From positions 1-64,000 of the forward strand of contig JYFJ02001225.1 in assembly GCA_000934665.2 (NCBI GenBank): a DNA stretch of 64,000 nt, in the 5' to 3' direction. Source of the DNA: Catajapyx aquilonaris (Eukaryota). The position numbers and the translations under genes are program-made. Shown here piece after piece: positions 17,518-34,098 of this stretch (position 1 is the first letter of the stretch; every line of letters starts with the position of its first letter). The notes beneath the pieces are model-generated. The model ran no database searches. It was not told the origin of the DNA and was given only the letters and a program-made list of their open reading frames with translations.

Positions 17518-17530
17518 GCGCCATCTAGTG
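17518..17530 (-). promoter_or_regulatory. CTCF-type core motif (CACTAGATGGCGC)
   Basis: The + strand has GCGCCATCTAGTG, whose reverse complement matches the metazoan CTCF core. It lies ~500 bp upstream of the glycerol kinase ATG. Confidence 0.5.
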
Positions 17531-18031
17531 AGGGATCCACAAACTACAGTTGATTATTATCGGAAAGTGGCGCTGCACTCGGCACTTTTATAAACTAATG
17601 TCTGGGCGCTGAATTTGAACTGGCATTTTAAAAACCACTGTACGTGACATGTACAGAGAGAGTACAAAATGCGGTTTACGACTCATAAAAAAAATAAAAA
17701 ATAAACAGTTCCGATAACAAAATGGGCCATTGCACATCGTTTCATTGTAAACACCCGCAGCCGGAAAGACCTGGTTGAAAAACAAGATAAGATACGGGGG
17801 TCAAATGAGGAAATAAAGAGTATGACGCAATTGCCTTGTAATGACAGGTACTTGGAAGCAAAAAAAAAAATGCAAAGAAGCAAACAAGGAAGTAAACTGC
17901 TCGGTTGCCAGGCTGCTCCTTGGGTTGATTACACTTTCAAATTGCGAGTGGCCAGCCAGCCACATTGCACGTACATGGAAACGTGCGTCCGGATTAAATA
18001 GGCGCACACTTTTCATATTCAAAATTTTAGG

Positions 18032-20676
<2,645 letters not shown>

Positions 20677-22735
20677 TGTGAAAACAGCCCCTTGCAACCG
20701 CAGGGTAAGGAAGCAAATATAAAGTCAATAAAATTCCACTTGGGCTTATCATGCTGTACATTCTGGAACGAATCGTGGAAATCACAGGCCCGTTCACACG
20801 GGATCCTGTGGGACCCAAAACTTATGATTACGATGTTTGGCGTCACCAATGAATAGAACAAGAGATGAAAAATATTCCTATCATTTTTTTTCTTCCAAAT
20901 ACGATATCGCCAAGAATCTTAACGTGCACATAAAATTACAGGGGGATTCAAAGAAAGCAGGTTTGAGCCATGTTTTTTTTCATAAGATTTTGCTTTATTT
21001 AGGTTGAATAAAATCGTGTATTCAATCTTATAGTTATTGATGATCATCCCTGGATGAGTTACAAGGAGTGAGGACTATTTAATTTTTCCCAGCCATATAA
21101 ATGCAGAAGATTTTTGGGGGGGCGTCCCTTTACACACATTACAATAACGTCACCTGGACTCTCTGGATGGATTACAATTTTTTTTTTTTTAAATAATAAT
21201 AATTGAACTGCAGCTCGATTAGGCCACGACTTAAACTGTGGGTCCAGTTGTGAAGGTAGGGTTTGGACCTACGCTAAACAAATGGATGACTTAAAAACTT
21301 ATCCTCTGGCAGTGAGGCGACACTTGAAAGAATGCAATATTCTTCTCTGCATATCCGTATAATATGTATAGATGTGATAAATGCCTGCTATCCATAGGTA
21401 AAACTGATTATTCCGTATACATTTGCATGGACTCCCAACATAAGACGAGAAAGTAATGTAAGAAGGTCACCTACACATGTAGGTGTGGGCACTACCGCGC
21501 ACACATTTTTTTGTTGTTGTTTGGAACCCTCCCTTCACGTATGGTGCCTAGGAATAACCGAGAAAGGTACAAATAGTTTGTACTACATCTAAATCAAATA
21601 CAGGTATTAATGCCAGACGCCCTATACAGGCGGAGCACTAACCCAATTACCGTATATTATATTAGATTGTCTGTGACGAAATTTCATTCAAAATACTCTG
21701 GGGGTGGAATTTTCGTCTCGCTGCACTATAGTTAGCAGGAGGATGAAAATTCCACCCTTGGTCGATAGTAACAGATAGGAGCGAGAAGTAATGCAGCATA
21801 TCTGACACTAATAATTAAAACTGTTTTTAACACACTATACAATCATAAGTGCCTATCAACAGTCCTTCATAGGTATTTTTTATATAGAAAATAATGTAGT
21901 TCTACATAAATATTCAATGTCATAATTTGACATTTGACCTGAGGATCTCACTCTGCTTTCATTTTTTGCACTATCATGAACCTCGCATTAACAAGTTCCT
22001 GCTGTTATGTACAGACAATGTTTTTTTCTTTCGAAGGCACTAGAAAGATATCCATCACAAGTGATTCTGATGTGATACGCAGGGATAAAACTTCACAGTC
22101 GTCATCCGCAAGCACAGCCATAGTGAGAAGAAAAATTCAGCACCAATTTGGACTTAGACATCGAAAATTAATTTTCATTTATTTTATTTAATCTCGGAAA
22201 AAAAATGACAGCGATTCATTCTACGGCTCGCAATGGATGTTTATATAGACAGCTGTGAAGTTTCGCCCTCACCCAAATACAACGACGAGCATCTTGTTCT
22301 CCATTCACTGGCAGCATTATTATTATGCCATTATGCCATTACGTTCTGTATGCTTTAAAATAACGGAAAAAAGGACACTTTTGATATAGTTATAACATGT
22401 ACATAGAGAGTTCAAAAATAAAGGTCCTTCAATACGGCCGTCCTACTAGCAATAAGCTTATACTTGCCAAAGACAGCAATCTGACAGCACATGCGGCAAG
22501 AAGTATCGTTACTCATTACTACTCATGCCCAACCGTAATATCCTTGCACCAAGACTGAATAAAAAGTATCCCTCTTGATCTAGTATATTACTCATCAGGT
22601 ACCATATAATAATAATACATGTAAGACATCATTGGGTCCAAGCTCTCTGCGCATAAAAACTCTTTCATTACTTACATTTTTAAAAAAATAATAAAAAAAT
22701 TTGAAGCAAATAAATGACTTAGTGGTTGTTTTTTT

Positions 22736-25700
22736 TCAGTCACTCATCTCTTCGTCATTGTCCAGCTTTCTTTCAATGTACGCATCAATGTCAAACCATG
22801 GTGTCGAGTTCATCAGACGCACCTCTGCCCCACTGTCTATGGTGAAAACTCCCACATTGTCGGTGTACTTCATATCATACAGTAGTTTTGGAGTGACCAT
22901 AAAATACTGTGCAGCGTCGTCCTTTGCGCTCACCTGTAAATGAAAAAAAAAAGTAGCAGTTATTTGCAATCTAGTGTGTACGCATTAGTCTCTTCACTTT
23001 GGAGCAACTTAGTAAACGCAACAGAGAGATCAATTATGCGAGTGGCTAACCTGCATCAGTATCTCAATGATCTTCCGCTCATTTCCCTCGTCCATTCCTT
23101 GATTTATCTCATCCAGACATCGGAAGGGAACCTTGGTCAGTTCCTGAAGGCTGAACACGTACAGGGCGGTTGTCACTGTCCGCTCCCCTCCACTCTGCTT
23201 CCAGTGACGCAGCTCCTGAATTTCTTGGTCATGCCGGAACTTGACCTGCAAACCAAGGTTGTGTGAGACACATCAAATCGGAAGTCTCCGCAGAGGCCAT
23301 CGCATCGAAATGCGCAAGTGTGGAATAAACCTGACCTGTATGACAATTCCGTAGGCACCAAAATCCTCGTCTTTTTCACTCAATTGAACTTCCCCGGCAC
23401 ATCCCATCATTCTGAAGTAGCGTTCGAAGCGTTCGTTAATCTTCCCAACCAATTCTTTCAGTTGTGGGAGCCACCTCTCTTTCTTTTCCGCAATTTCAGA
23501 CGTCAGTCTTGTCATTTCCTGCTGAAGCGAATCTGTCGTGCTACGCAGCTTATCTATCTTGGCCTTCCTCTCGTTAAACTCGGCCACGACCCTATCCATC
23601 CCATCCATGCTATTAGTCATGAACATTACCTGAAATGCAACGCACGGTTAAAACCTAGCCTTTTCAGCTTTAGATAAATATTGTCGTGACTCACCTGCGA
23701 CTCGATTTCGGTGTACTTAGCATCAATGGACTCAAGATTCTCTGGAAAACCCCTTGGCCCACGATCCATCATTTCCTCTGGTCCCGCCGCATCTGCAGCC
23801 TTCCGAAGTTCTTTGACCTTGTTCTTCTTGTGTTCCAACTCCATATTCTTCCTGTCAAGAACGTCTTTCAGCTCCCCAACCTTCCTTTTCTCATCGGCCA
23901 GGGCATTCCTTCGCTCCCTGATCTCACGTTCCGACACCTCACCAGCCCTCCTGACCACCAGCAATTCCAGGACTGGATCGTACATTTTATGGGCAGTGGT
24001 AGTGATGACTGTAAAGGTCTCCAACATGCGGGTGCCTTCTTCACGAAGCTTTTGCTTCATCTCACTTTCAGCCCGCTCCAATTCTCGCTGGGTATCCCTT
24101 GTTTTCTACGGTTATGACAAACGCATTTTAATAAAGACCATCGGTCATCAACAACAATCCCATTTCTTACCAGCCTGTTAAGATGTTCCTTCTTTGAGCG
24201 AATCCTGGTTTCACTGTCGTCGAACTGATTTAGTTCAGTGCGGCATTTGTCCATCTCGTGTCTCGCTTCCTCAACCCGTTTCCTGTGTTCGCCGCATGTC
24301 CTCTCCTTCGCCTCCAGCTTCTCCTTCCTTCGTGTCAGGTTATCCTGTATTTCCTTGAGGTGTTCTCCCAATCTCTCCAGCCTGTGGCTGGCCACGTTAG
24401 TCACCAGGATGTTTGCCGGGCTCAGTCCTTGGATTGAGATGATTGGGGCATTGCGATATCGTGATTTCTGAATCTGGTAGCGCTGAGTCTCTGCAAAAAA
24501 TTGTTGTACAGGCCGTTAGATTAATTTAAATCGAACAATCGAGCATGAAAAGCGAATGAAACAAACCAGAAAAGAAGAGCCTGAATGGCAAATCCTTCTG
24601 AATTCTGTCAGCATTGGCATCCACTTGCGAGTTGCCCACAGGTATGGTGTTGAATCGGAACTGATTGCAAAGGAAAGTCATGACGGCTGGTGGGGCAGTC
24701 ACCAAGTCCGACAAGTACGCTTCAAACCCATATTTACTGAATCGGAAAAGAAAGCAACATGTTACGTGATACGCAGTCATAACGACAGAGATGTTCTAAC
24801 AATAAGTTCTGCGTAAAATCGGAAACGTCACAGTTCCTAGATGAATCAGCAATAACCTTGACGTGCATTAGGTCCGAGACATTGACTGAACTTATTGGCA
24901 GGCTTTGCGGGAATCCAACTTATTCAAGTCAGAAAGCTCCCGACTTCTTTCCTTACCGAATTCTGTCAAGAGGAATCGAAGGTTTGAATCCACCTGGAGG
25001 TACATTGGGTTGACAGAAAATGACATTCACGTTAAGGCCTAGCTGCTGCCTTGCGGTCAGGATGAACTGGTTCATATCCTGCTTATTCTCGCACACAAAT
25101 GCTAGCAATTCTCGCCTGGGGAGATGACTCTCGATGAATTTGGCCTGGTTGGGCTGCTCCACATTCATCTGCAAATCGGAAAAACTTAAGAGAACAGCCT
25201 CCCACACGTCGAACTCGTCAACTTACGGTGACCATGATGGGATCGTGTATCATTCCCCTGAAATTCCCCCTGTTCGATCTGAGCCACTCGCAAGCCTTGT
25301 ATGAGTCAATATGCTGCTGCTTGAGCTTATCCAGCTTCTTGTTAGCGACGCTCTGCAATTCTGCGTATTCAGTAGTAGCACCCCTCAGCCGCATTTCCTC
25401 TTGGATCTTGGCATCACGCATCTCATGCACTTGCATTTCCTCAGTCATCAGCTTATTATTTGCTCCTCTGTGGCACTGGGAGGCCTCCATGTAACGAGCG
25501 TTAAGGGTATCCCCTGAAATGCGCAAGTACGCCTGATGAAGCTTACTGCTTTCACTTACAGTTAGTCATTCCGCAATGACACACGCAAAATACGCAGACT
25601 AGCACATCACGAAAATATGAAACAAGAAGTCACGTACTGTCGATGCCTTTTGATGCCTTGTCTCTCTCCAGCATGTCCAGCTGCCTCTTGATGTCCGCAA

Positions 25701-28569
25701 TTGTCTTCTGCATGTCCTCGATTTCCTTCTTTTTCCTTTCATACTCAAATTGTATGTTTTTCAAACGATCGTCGAACCTGCCCATCTGGTCCACTTTCTT
25801 CGTTATGTCAGCTATTAAACTGCGTCTTGCATCTTGCTGTGAAATATTGAATTGCTAATGTAACAAAATCTTCGGTGGATATGAAATAAAACTAGTGCAT
25901 TCGGTGGCTCCGATGTTATACTTAACCCGACTATGGGCTTATGAGAAACAACCGATTTTGTTTCCAAAGCCAATAATGTGTTGCAGAAATTGTACCTCGT
26001 AATAATGGAAAGCTATGTCGGCAACCAACCTGCTTCTTTTGCTTATCACGAGCAATGTTGGCATCTCTTTCGAGGTTTCTGATCACGTCTTGTTTTGGCT
26101 GCAGCTGTGCTTCCGCCTGTGCCACCTTCCTTTTCTCCTCATGTACTTGCGTCTTAATCTGAGAGAATACACGCACATAAATACACCTAAATATAACATG
26201 TCCGAGAAGAACATAGCCATCAATAATAATGGGAAGAAACAAGGACCAGACTGCAGTGATTACTGACCGCTTCCAGCTCCTCCCCATGCTTCCTATACAA
26301 GACATGTATCCTTTTATTCTTGAGCTGCTCCATCTGCTTTAGCAGATCCTCTCGCTGTCGATAATTGTTTATGACATCTTCCAGCCGATTAGTGGCACCT
26401 TCCTCGTTCATCAAATCTTTCGCCTTCCTGTCCAACTCGGCCGATATAGTCTTCAGCTCGCGGCTGCAAGTTGTGAGATCCACATGCAGCGTCTGCAACT
26501 CCCCAGTGCCTACAGTCCTCTCCGTGTTGTCCAGCAGCTGCTGAGGATTCATCTTGGAGAAAGCATGGACACGTTCTTGTGGAAGGAATTGGCACAGATT
26601 GTCGACAAAGATTCCCAGACGAGCAGTTTGCTCCTCAATCTGAACAAGAAGAAAATAAATTGCACGTAAGAAGCCTTACATTTTGCAATGCCTGACACGT
26701 ACACAGGTCTTCCGCAACTACCTTATGTGTAAAAAGGGCTGCGATTTTAAAGGCTCGTAACAGGATCCAATATGACAACAAGCGGCCCTACCTGCTTCTG
26801 AGTTCTCTTCTGCCCCTGAAAGTAGTAGGTGCTCCTGTTGTTGGTGTCAAATATGCGTTTGAAGACGATCCTCTCATTCCCTGGCTGCTCCAGCTCCACC
26901 TGGATCATAGCTTCTGCCCTTCCCGATTTCACAAAGACGGAGAGGCTGGCTCCGTCCTTCAGCACGTTAGGCTTTCCTCCCAGACCAAGGCAGATGGCAC
27001 TAATGATGGTCGACTTGCCCGTGCCATTTGGACCTATTATTATGTTCAGGTGGGGCTCGGGGCACACCACCATGTAATCGTAGGTTCTGAGGATGACAGA
27101 AAACAGGCGTTAAGAAATGTACCTTGGGGTAAACAAAGAAAAATGTGTGTCACATAGCTCTGAAGTTTCTAATTATACACACAAATTTCAGTACTGAAGA
27201 GTGTGGGCATTATTATTATTATTATTACACTGTACGCCCAATTATTATCTGAGATAATGACTGACGTCGCCGTAAATCGGAAAATGGTTCTAGATACAGT
27301 AACAATGAGCTATTCGGAAGTTTTAAACAAACTACTGTACTATATCGCTCAAAACAATGGAGACCATTGTGCATCTGGTTTCAATGCCAAGTTGTCTCCA
27401 TCTTTTTGAGCGATACAGTACATACTGTACGCTGCTTTTAAATAAGGCTTAATGCAAATAATTAAACTTCCCACGCATTTTTAGTTCGTCTTCTGGAAAA
27501 AGTCTGCCGTACGCCTTTGTTTGCGAGAAATATTGAAATTTTCTTTTTTCGGACTGTCCTCTGTTGTGGCGATGCACAGAAAATCTGTACCATGGATAAT
27601 CCGCACCCGGATAATCGAGAGTACAATGTACTCAGATTGTAGAATTTTGGTTAAAGGATTTTCAACCTGCTTAATTAATATTATTACAGTAAAACTTCTA
27701 TGAGTCGAACTTCCCTATAAGTCGAATAAAATCATGAGCTTGGTTGGTCACAATGTAAAATAATAAGAAATAAACTTCCCTAACTCGAATACAGCGTTGC
27801 ATAATATATTGTGTAACATTTAAATTTAAAATTTAATATTGAGAGTTTGTCATCTGAAATGGTTTATAGATTGATTTTTACAAGTTTTAATTTAGTTCAT
27901 ATGTTGGGTTAGCTGAGGCTTTAGGCGCATCGCTGACTACCCCTTATAGGGAAATGTCGTGGGGTTGTTGTTGTATTATTATTATTATGCAACTTCTCAT
28001 GTGCACTTGCCCAATGACCAGCTCTTGCTGATTGCAGTAATTATTAAGCAGAAGAGGTGACCAAAGAATACAGAAAATGTGCGTGTGAAAGCGAGCCTCC
28101 GAGGCTGACTCCTAAACAGTCCGAAGTTAGTGTCGAGTGTTTGTCCAAGAAGAACATGTGAAATTTGCTGGATTCTTTATAGCCACCTGTTGTGCATAAT
28201 TACCATGAAGTAAGAAGCTGGAATAAACCTAAGTAGGCACAAAAATCAATCCTGAGCGAGTCGTCCAACGGCCTTAAACCATTGGGGGGGGGATAATAAT
28301 TACAGGAAGTTCTTCATGACGATCCTTCTGATGGCACCGACGCCGAAGTCGCCATTCTGAAGGTCTCCTCCTCTGTCCAACTCCATGGCTTCTTCTTCTT
28401 CTGGTCTCGGCATGTTGGGAAGGGAGGGGGGTAACCCACCGGAAGCCTTTTCAAGCCCCGCAGCAACCTGTGCGACGTCTCCCACACCGCCCAAATCGTC
28501 TGGAACAAAGCCCGTTGCGTTCCTTTCAAAAGCAGCAACGACTCCTCCGCCGAACTCCGAACGGGACAT
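22736..28569 (-). CDS. SMC5: Structural maintenance of chromosomes protein 5
   Basis: About 13 exons from ATG 28569 (MSRSEFGGG) to stop 22736-22738. Motifs: GAIRRIVMKNFL/TYD, Walker A GPNGTGKST, NLCQFLPQERV, coiled coils, signature QSGGER, Walker B/D-loop PFRCLDEINQGMD and QYFMVTPKLL, all typical of SMC5. Confidence 0.94.
27228..27628. mobile_element. Tc1/pogo-type MITE in SMC5 intron 1 carrying a nested ~85 bp MITE (27338-27420)
   Basis: Imperfect TIRs CACTGTAC..ATTATC and GGATAATCGAGAGTACAATG are flanked by TA. The left part is shared with 53191-53292. The nested element has inverted ends TACTATATCGCTCAAAACAATGGAGAC / GTCTCCATCTTTTTGAGCGATACAGTA. Confidence 0.6.
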
Positions 28570-28630
28570 GTTCCATCGTGAACGGGCTAGGCCTAGGACA
28601 CCAGGTGGCAGCACGGACGGAGCATAATAA

Positions 28631-28851
28631 TTGGCGGGAATAATTATTGGCACGCCAATTAAAACGGGCGTTAAACATGCCGCGTTGTTTTACGCACTAA
28701 AAAACGCAAACGGCATTTTATTTTTCCTGATGTTATCTGATTAAAATATTTTAATCGTTTAGTTGGGGACGCCCAGTCTGGGCGCGTAGCTGCTAGTTGG
28801 GTCAAGCGGCTGTAGCAGCTACCTCTGAAGCGGTTTGGCGGTCCTTTCAAA
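28631..28851. promoter_or_regulatory. SMC5 upstream region with E2F sites and a CDE/CHR-like (DREAM) element
   Basis: TTGGCGGGAA at 28631 and palindromic TTGGCACGCCAA at 28647-28658. GGCGG (28837-28841) is followed by a 4 nt spacer and TTCAAA (28846-28851). Confidence 0.55.
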
Positions 28852-29157
28852 TTTTTCATTTTTATAGTCACGTCTGTTGAGCGGGTTAAATTAATGTCGG
28901 ATGGTAATTAAAACTAGGTTGGGCTTCAGTGGCTAATTTTTTGGCTAATTATTCAGGTGTCAATGATGAAGGCAATACTGTGCAGAGGCGTTTTTTTTTA
29001 AAAAAAATACCAGTCCGTAGTTTAATTTTTAGGAGTTTTTTATTATTTTTAATTGTGACTAGTTATATTTACCTTTTTATTAAGATTTTGCTCTGTACTT
29101 CGGTGGTATTCGTAACGTCAATTGATACTTGCACCTTCTAATTCCGATGCATATTAA

Positions 29158-29400
29158 GAGTTAATAAAATTCCATACCTCGAGTGCTTTTGTGACACCAT
29201 GTACTTGTACTTGCACCCTGTACTTGCACTTAATTTCCATGCGAGTTAATAAAATTCCACCCCTCGAGTACTTATGTGACACCATGTACTTGTACTTAAT
29301 TAACTCTTGCTAGTTAATAAAATTCCCTACCTGAAGTACTTTTGTGACACCATGTACTTGTACTTAATTAACGTGCTAGTTAATAAAATTCGCTACCTTG
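29158..29400. repeat. Tandem repeat, ~66-85 bp unit, about 3.5 copies
   Basis: GTTAATAAAATTCC...TGTGACACCATGTACTTGTACTT recurs at about 29160, 29244, 29313 and 29379. Confidence 0.85.
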
Positions 29401-30087
29401 CGTACATTATTTTGTGAAGCGTGTGCGCTCAACAATGTGGCTCTGAAACTTTTTTTTGGAAGTTGGTGTAATTTGACTTATCCAAAGTGTGGATGTTTCT
29501 TAATTACGTGATATTAATGCAACATGTTGATTAACAGTGGCACCATTCCAAATAAGCAAGTACCATTATTGACACTATGATCAGTTTCGTCAAACCTTCC
29601 GACACAACACATTTGCCATCCACTTTCGGTGGTCGAACTCCAGTCACTTGTACGCGTAACAATAATTACGAACCCTCTAAACCTAGGGAAGCATAAATTA
29701 CAAGTCAGTTTTGATCATTTTCCTTTATTACAAAAAAAGTGCTATTGACTAGACTGCAGCGTGTGCGACGTCCTCTTCAAATCGTGGTCGGCCAGCATCT
29801 GCACTGCTCTCTCGGAATACTGTAATCAAATTCGGGACTCCCTTACTTTCCATGAAACTTTCCGGCACTTTCCCCAAGCTGCGATTCGCTCCCAACATCA
29901 TTACTTAAAACATGTAAAGTCATAATAATGTGCAAGATCCCACGACCAGGTTAGTGCATATCTAACTACAGAGAAAGGTGCCAGACTATGAGCAAGTAAC
30001 GTCGGCACATTCCGGCTGCTTTGCTATACACACAAACTCTATTCCCCAAAAATTCATACACAAGCGTACGTGACCATACAGAAAAAG

Positions 30088-33000
30088 TTTATTTCACAAG
30101 CAGTTGTTACATTTGTACACCATATACAAGTAGTTTTTATAAACTTTAATTTTCTACAGTAATTATTTTTATGCAATTTTTTTTGTGTGTGTGTATGTGC
30201 GTGACCAGGATGGGCTTCAAACATATCATGCAAGGTTGTGGGAGACGGAATCGAGATGGGGAAAAAAAATAAAAATCGTAGACAACATCCACCATGAATA
30301 CTGACAAATCCACTATTTTTTTTCCCAAAAATTTTTTTTTAAATGGTGGGAGGGAAGGAGGATGAAATGGGAGAGGGGGGAGGGGGACAGCCAAACCTTC
30401 GCACCACATAACTACATAACATAATACTACATATACAACAGTGCAATATATGTCACAAATTATGAACAGATCGTACAGGACAATGACATTTTGTCACCTT
30501 CACCCATTGCCACGGAACATGAAAATGTTCCTCACTGTCGTTGCTGTTCAGAACCAAAAAAAAAAAAAGGGTGTCGGATCATCACAAAATTCATGCCATC
30601 ATCCCGTCGATCGCTACAAAAAAAAATCATGTCATTATATATATATATGTATATATTTATATATGTATACGTTATGTATAATTATGTATACTGTATATAT
30701 GCACGTGTAAAAAATCCAAAAAAGCTCGCTCGAAGGGGCGGGGCACGTTATTTTTTCCTTTTCTCCGTATTTGCAAAACGACCTGTGTAAAGTTTATGTT
30801 TTTAACATGTGTTATGTGCACATTTTTGAGAAATGGGTTAAAATGGAGGATGGTCATGGGGGGGAGAGGATGGTATGGAGCATATGTGAATACAAACATA
30901 CAAAGCCTATCAGGGGGGTCAACACAAAAAAAAAATAAAAAATCTTGTACACTACACTATATATACTTGTACATTATGCTATGATTTTTCAGTTACCAAA
31001 CATACACCGAAAAGTGTTTTTGACTTTTAACTGCAAAAATGGGAAGCGAAATTAAAACTTAAATCGGATGAGGGGGGGAGGGGGGGGGGGGNGAGCAAGG
31101 AGAAAGAATTAAAGGAGTCGCAGGGCAATACAAGGTGCACACCATAAGTGAAGTGAGCCCATTTACTTTTCATTTTAAACCAAGCTACACAAGCTCGGCA
31201 ACAATTCACTTTTTTCCACGCGACACTAACCAGAAAACGACCCTAGAAATTGCATTAAAAAGTGACGCTCGTGACGACACAGTCAAAAAAATACGTACTC
31301 CGCTTCCGGCATATTTTGTTTAAAAAATAAATTCGCCCGCAACTTATGGAACAATCCTTGCACCTGTCAATTAGCCAAACTAAATAAAAACCCCAGTAGT
31401 ATGAGCGGCAAAAAAATTCTACTTAACACAAAAAAAATCATTACAGCTAGGGATTAAAAAACTAGGGAGGAAAAAAAAATCACTACGTTAAATCTACAGA
31501 CAAACCCCACAAAAATAACGGGGCGTCATTCTAACCAAACAAAATGGACGCAGGGCCTCTTATTTCGCGTGCTCATGATTAATTTTCTGCCCCACAGGAA
31601 AGTCAACACTGGTGTGGCCGTGCTTGAAAAAAAAAAATTTTAAAAAAAAGGAAACACCGACGCACAGGACAAAAAATCTGAGATCAAAGTCACACCTATT
31701 TTTTATCATTTTTTCCCCTTACTTCATCTTTTCTACTTCTCACCAGCCTGATTTTTGTTCTACTTTCATTTTTCTCTCTCATCGTCGTCGTCGTCGTCTT
31801 CTACTTGGCAAGTTCATGCCTCGTCTCTCATTTCCTTCCAACTTACTCTCGGCAAGTACAAACCTAGATTAGCGCGAATATTCGTCTTTTTTTGGGGGGG
31901 GCGGGGGGCGGGAAAGAGGGTCAATGTGATGGTTGGAGGGAGCGAAACAGTAAGGTGATCAATGTGTAGGCAGAGGGTGTGAGGTTATGGGTTATAAACA
32001 CATGATGATAACGAGAGGGGGAGGGTTCGAAATCATGCATTCCCAATAAATCAACTTAGCCAAAAAAGAGGACTATTTACATATTTCATTTTCAAACACT
32101 CACTTCCCTCCCCAAAAAAAACACCAAATATCAAAAAAATAAATAGGTAAAAATCCTTCCCCCCCTTTTTTTTTTGCAAATCACAACCCCTCCCCCCCCC
32201 CTGGTCAACAAAATTCTCGCCAACTTGGCGAGTAAAAAATGCAGTATCAAGGTATCACTTTCAATTTTTTTTTAAAACGAAAGGAGGAAAAAAAAAAAAA
32301 CATTACAATCATTACTACATTACAATCCCACTTTTTTTTTTCACCCTCCACATACGTCTAATAAAAAAAAATCAATTCGAGTCACAAACTAGTGGGAATG
32401 AGGGCGCAAACTAAAAAAACTTTATACATGCGGAGCTTAGTTATTTATAGTATGTATAAGTTGGTATTATATACATCAAAAAGTGGACTTTTAGAAAAAG
32501 AGGTCTACTGTCTTACAAAAAGGGACTCGGGGGTGGCGGGGAGTGACGGGTGGGAGAAACATTATGTTGCATTCACGTTTGATTCCTGGACAATAGCCTA
32601 CAATTTATACACTATTTATACAGTAGTAGTCTCGTAAAAAATTCCCCAAAACACTAGCCAGCTTCCATTATTATTCTTGTCGTTAATTATTATTGAAACG
32701 TTTTGAAGAGGGGGGGAGGGGGCAAATCCACACCAAGAAATTGGCTGGCAGTAGGAAAAATAGATCGCACCTGTTACACTGTACACTTTACAGCCTTGAG
32801 AAATAAAATGAAAATAAATGGGGTCAAAAGCGATAGTTACGTTTGATTCCTCAGCTCAAGTCGGGACTTCCCTACACAATAAATCAAAGCGAATTTCGAT
32901 GTTTTTTTGGTGCCAAAGAAGGTTCAAATGGGGATGAAAAAAAAAATGAATTAAATTTGCATGGGTAACAATGTCAGTCATTTTTTTTTTTTTAACCACC

Positions 33001-34098
33001 AAAAAATGTGGAGGGGTGGGGGTGGGGAGGGCATTAAATGCTCTATCCTAAGTCTTAAAAACTATCATATTAGATGCAATTAGGTAATGTACAATGTGTG
33101 TAAATGATTGAAATTTACAGGAGAGCAAAAAAAAAATTAGTCTGCATGTTTTGTGGCAATTACCTGGCTTGATCCCTACACCGCCTAAAAAGTGTGATGA
33201 TTAACTCCGCTTCATAATCAACTGCATGTAACCATGCAAAAGAGCATTTTAAAACTCTAAACCATGTCACTAAATATACACACAACTACCAAAACAGCTT
33301 GGAAAAAAAAAAAGGATGAACGTCTTTCTCACAACTATCGCCTATAATTATGTATATATATATATATATATTATTTTTAAAAAACAGGACATTACACTAT
33401 GCAACTATCCAAGTATACAAAACGTGATTACCAACTTCAGTACAAGTGTTCAAAATTCTTAATTACAAATTTGCCGCTGATTTTCTTTTGCAGATTAAAT
33501 TACAGGTATGTACAGTTCAAAACAAAAAGAGATAAAGATTACTGTTGTCAGTTGGGAGTTCTTTTTTTTTTTTAAAAAAAAAGAAGGAAATATAATATTT
33601 ATCCTCGTGACTTCCTGAGGCGTCTATCACAAAAAAAGCATGCGTCTTGTCATTCTCTGATTTTAGACCAAAAAAATTTCCTCACTTTTGAAAGAAGGTA
33701 AAGGGGGGGGTGTCCACATGATTTTTAAAAAAGCATTACTTACACACACAAATCAATACAGCTAAAGACACAATTATCAGGAAGCAATTTCAGGCAACTT
33801 CCCAGTGATATTTTTTTGTTTGTTTTAAATATAAAAAAAACCCCTGTAGTAGAAATCTAAGGATGCCAGATCCAGAAGGGTCACCACACTTTCACACCCA
33901 TTTTTACAAGAAAGCTGGCGCCGTTGTACCATCATTGCTTTTTTAAAAAAAATTATGTTACAGGTGGTCAAAACCTGAACCTGGCAACCTTCAAGAATTC
34001 AGGGACTACTATTACGCACATTGTTATTTATATCCATGTATATTTCCTCTGCCCAACTTGCCTCTTGGCCGGTAAGCGCATCCAGATGACGTGACACC
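30088..34098 (-). other. Long (~4 kb) pumilio 3'UTR with candidate poly(A) signal and Pumilio response elements
   Basis: Non-coding and U-rich on the sense strand. AATAAA lies on the minus strand at 30088-30093. Perfect TGTAHATA sites are at 32074-32081, 32468-32475 and 33507-33514. Confidence 0.65.

Noticed and set aside
29158..29400. Possible CRISPR-like array
   Set aside because: The spacers are themselves repeated, so it is an ordinary tandem repeat.
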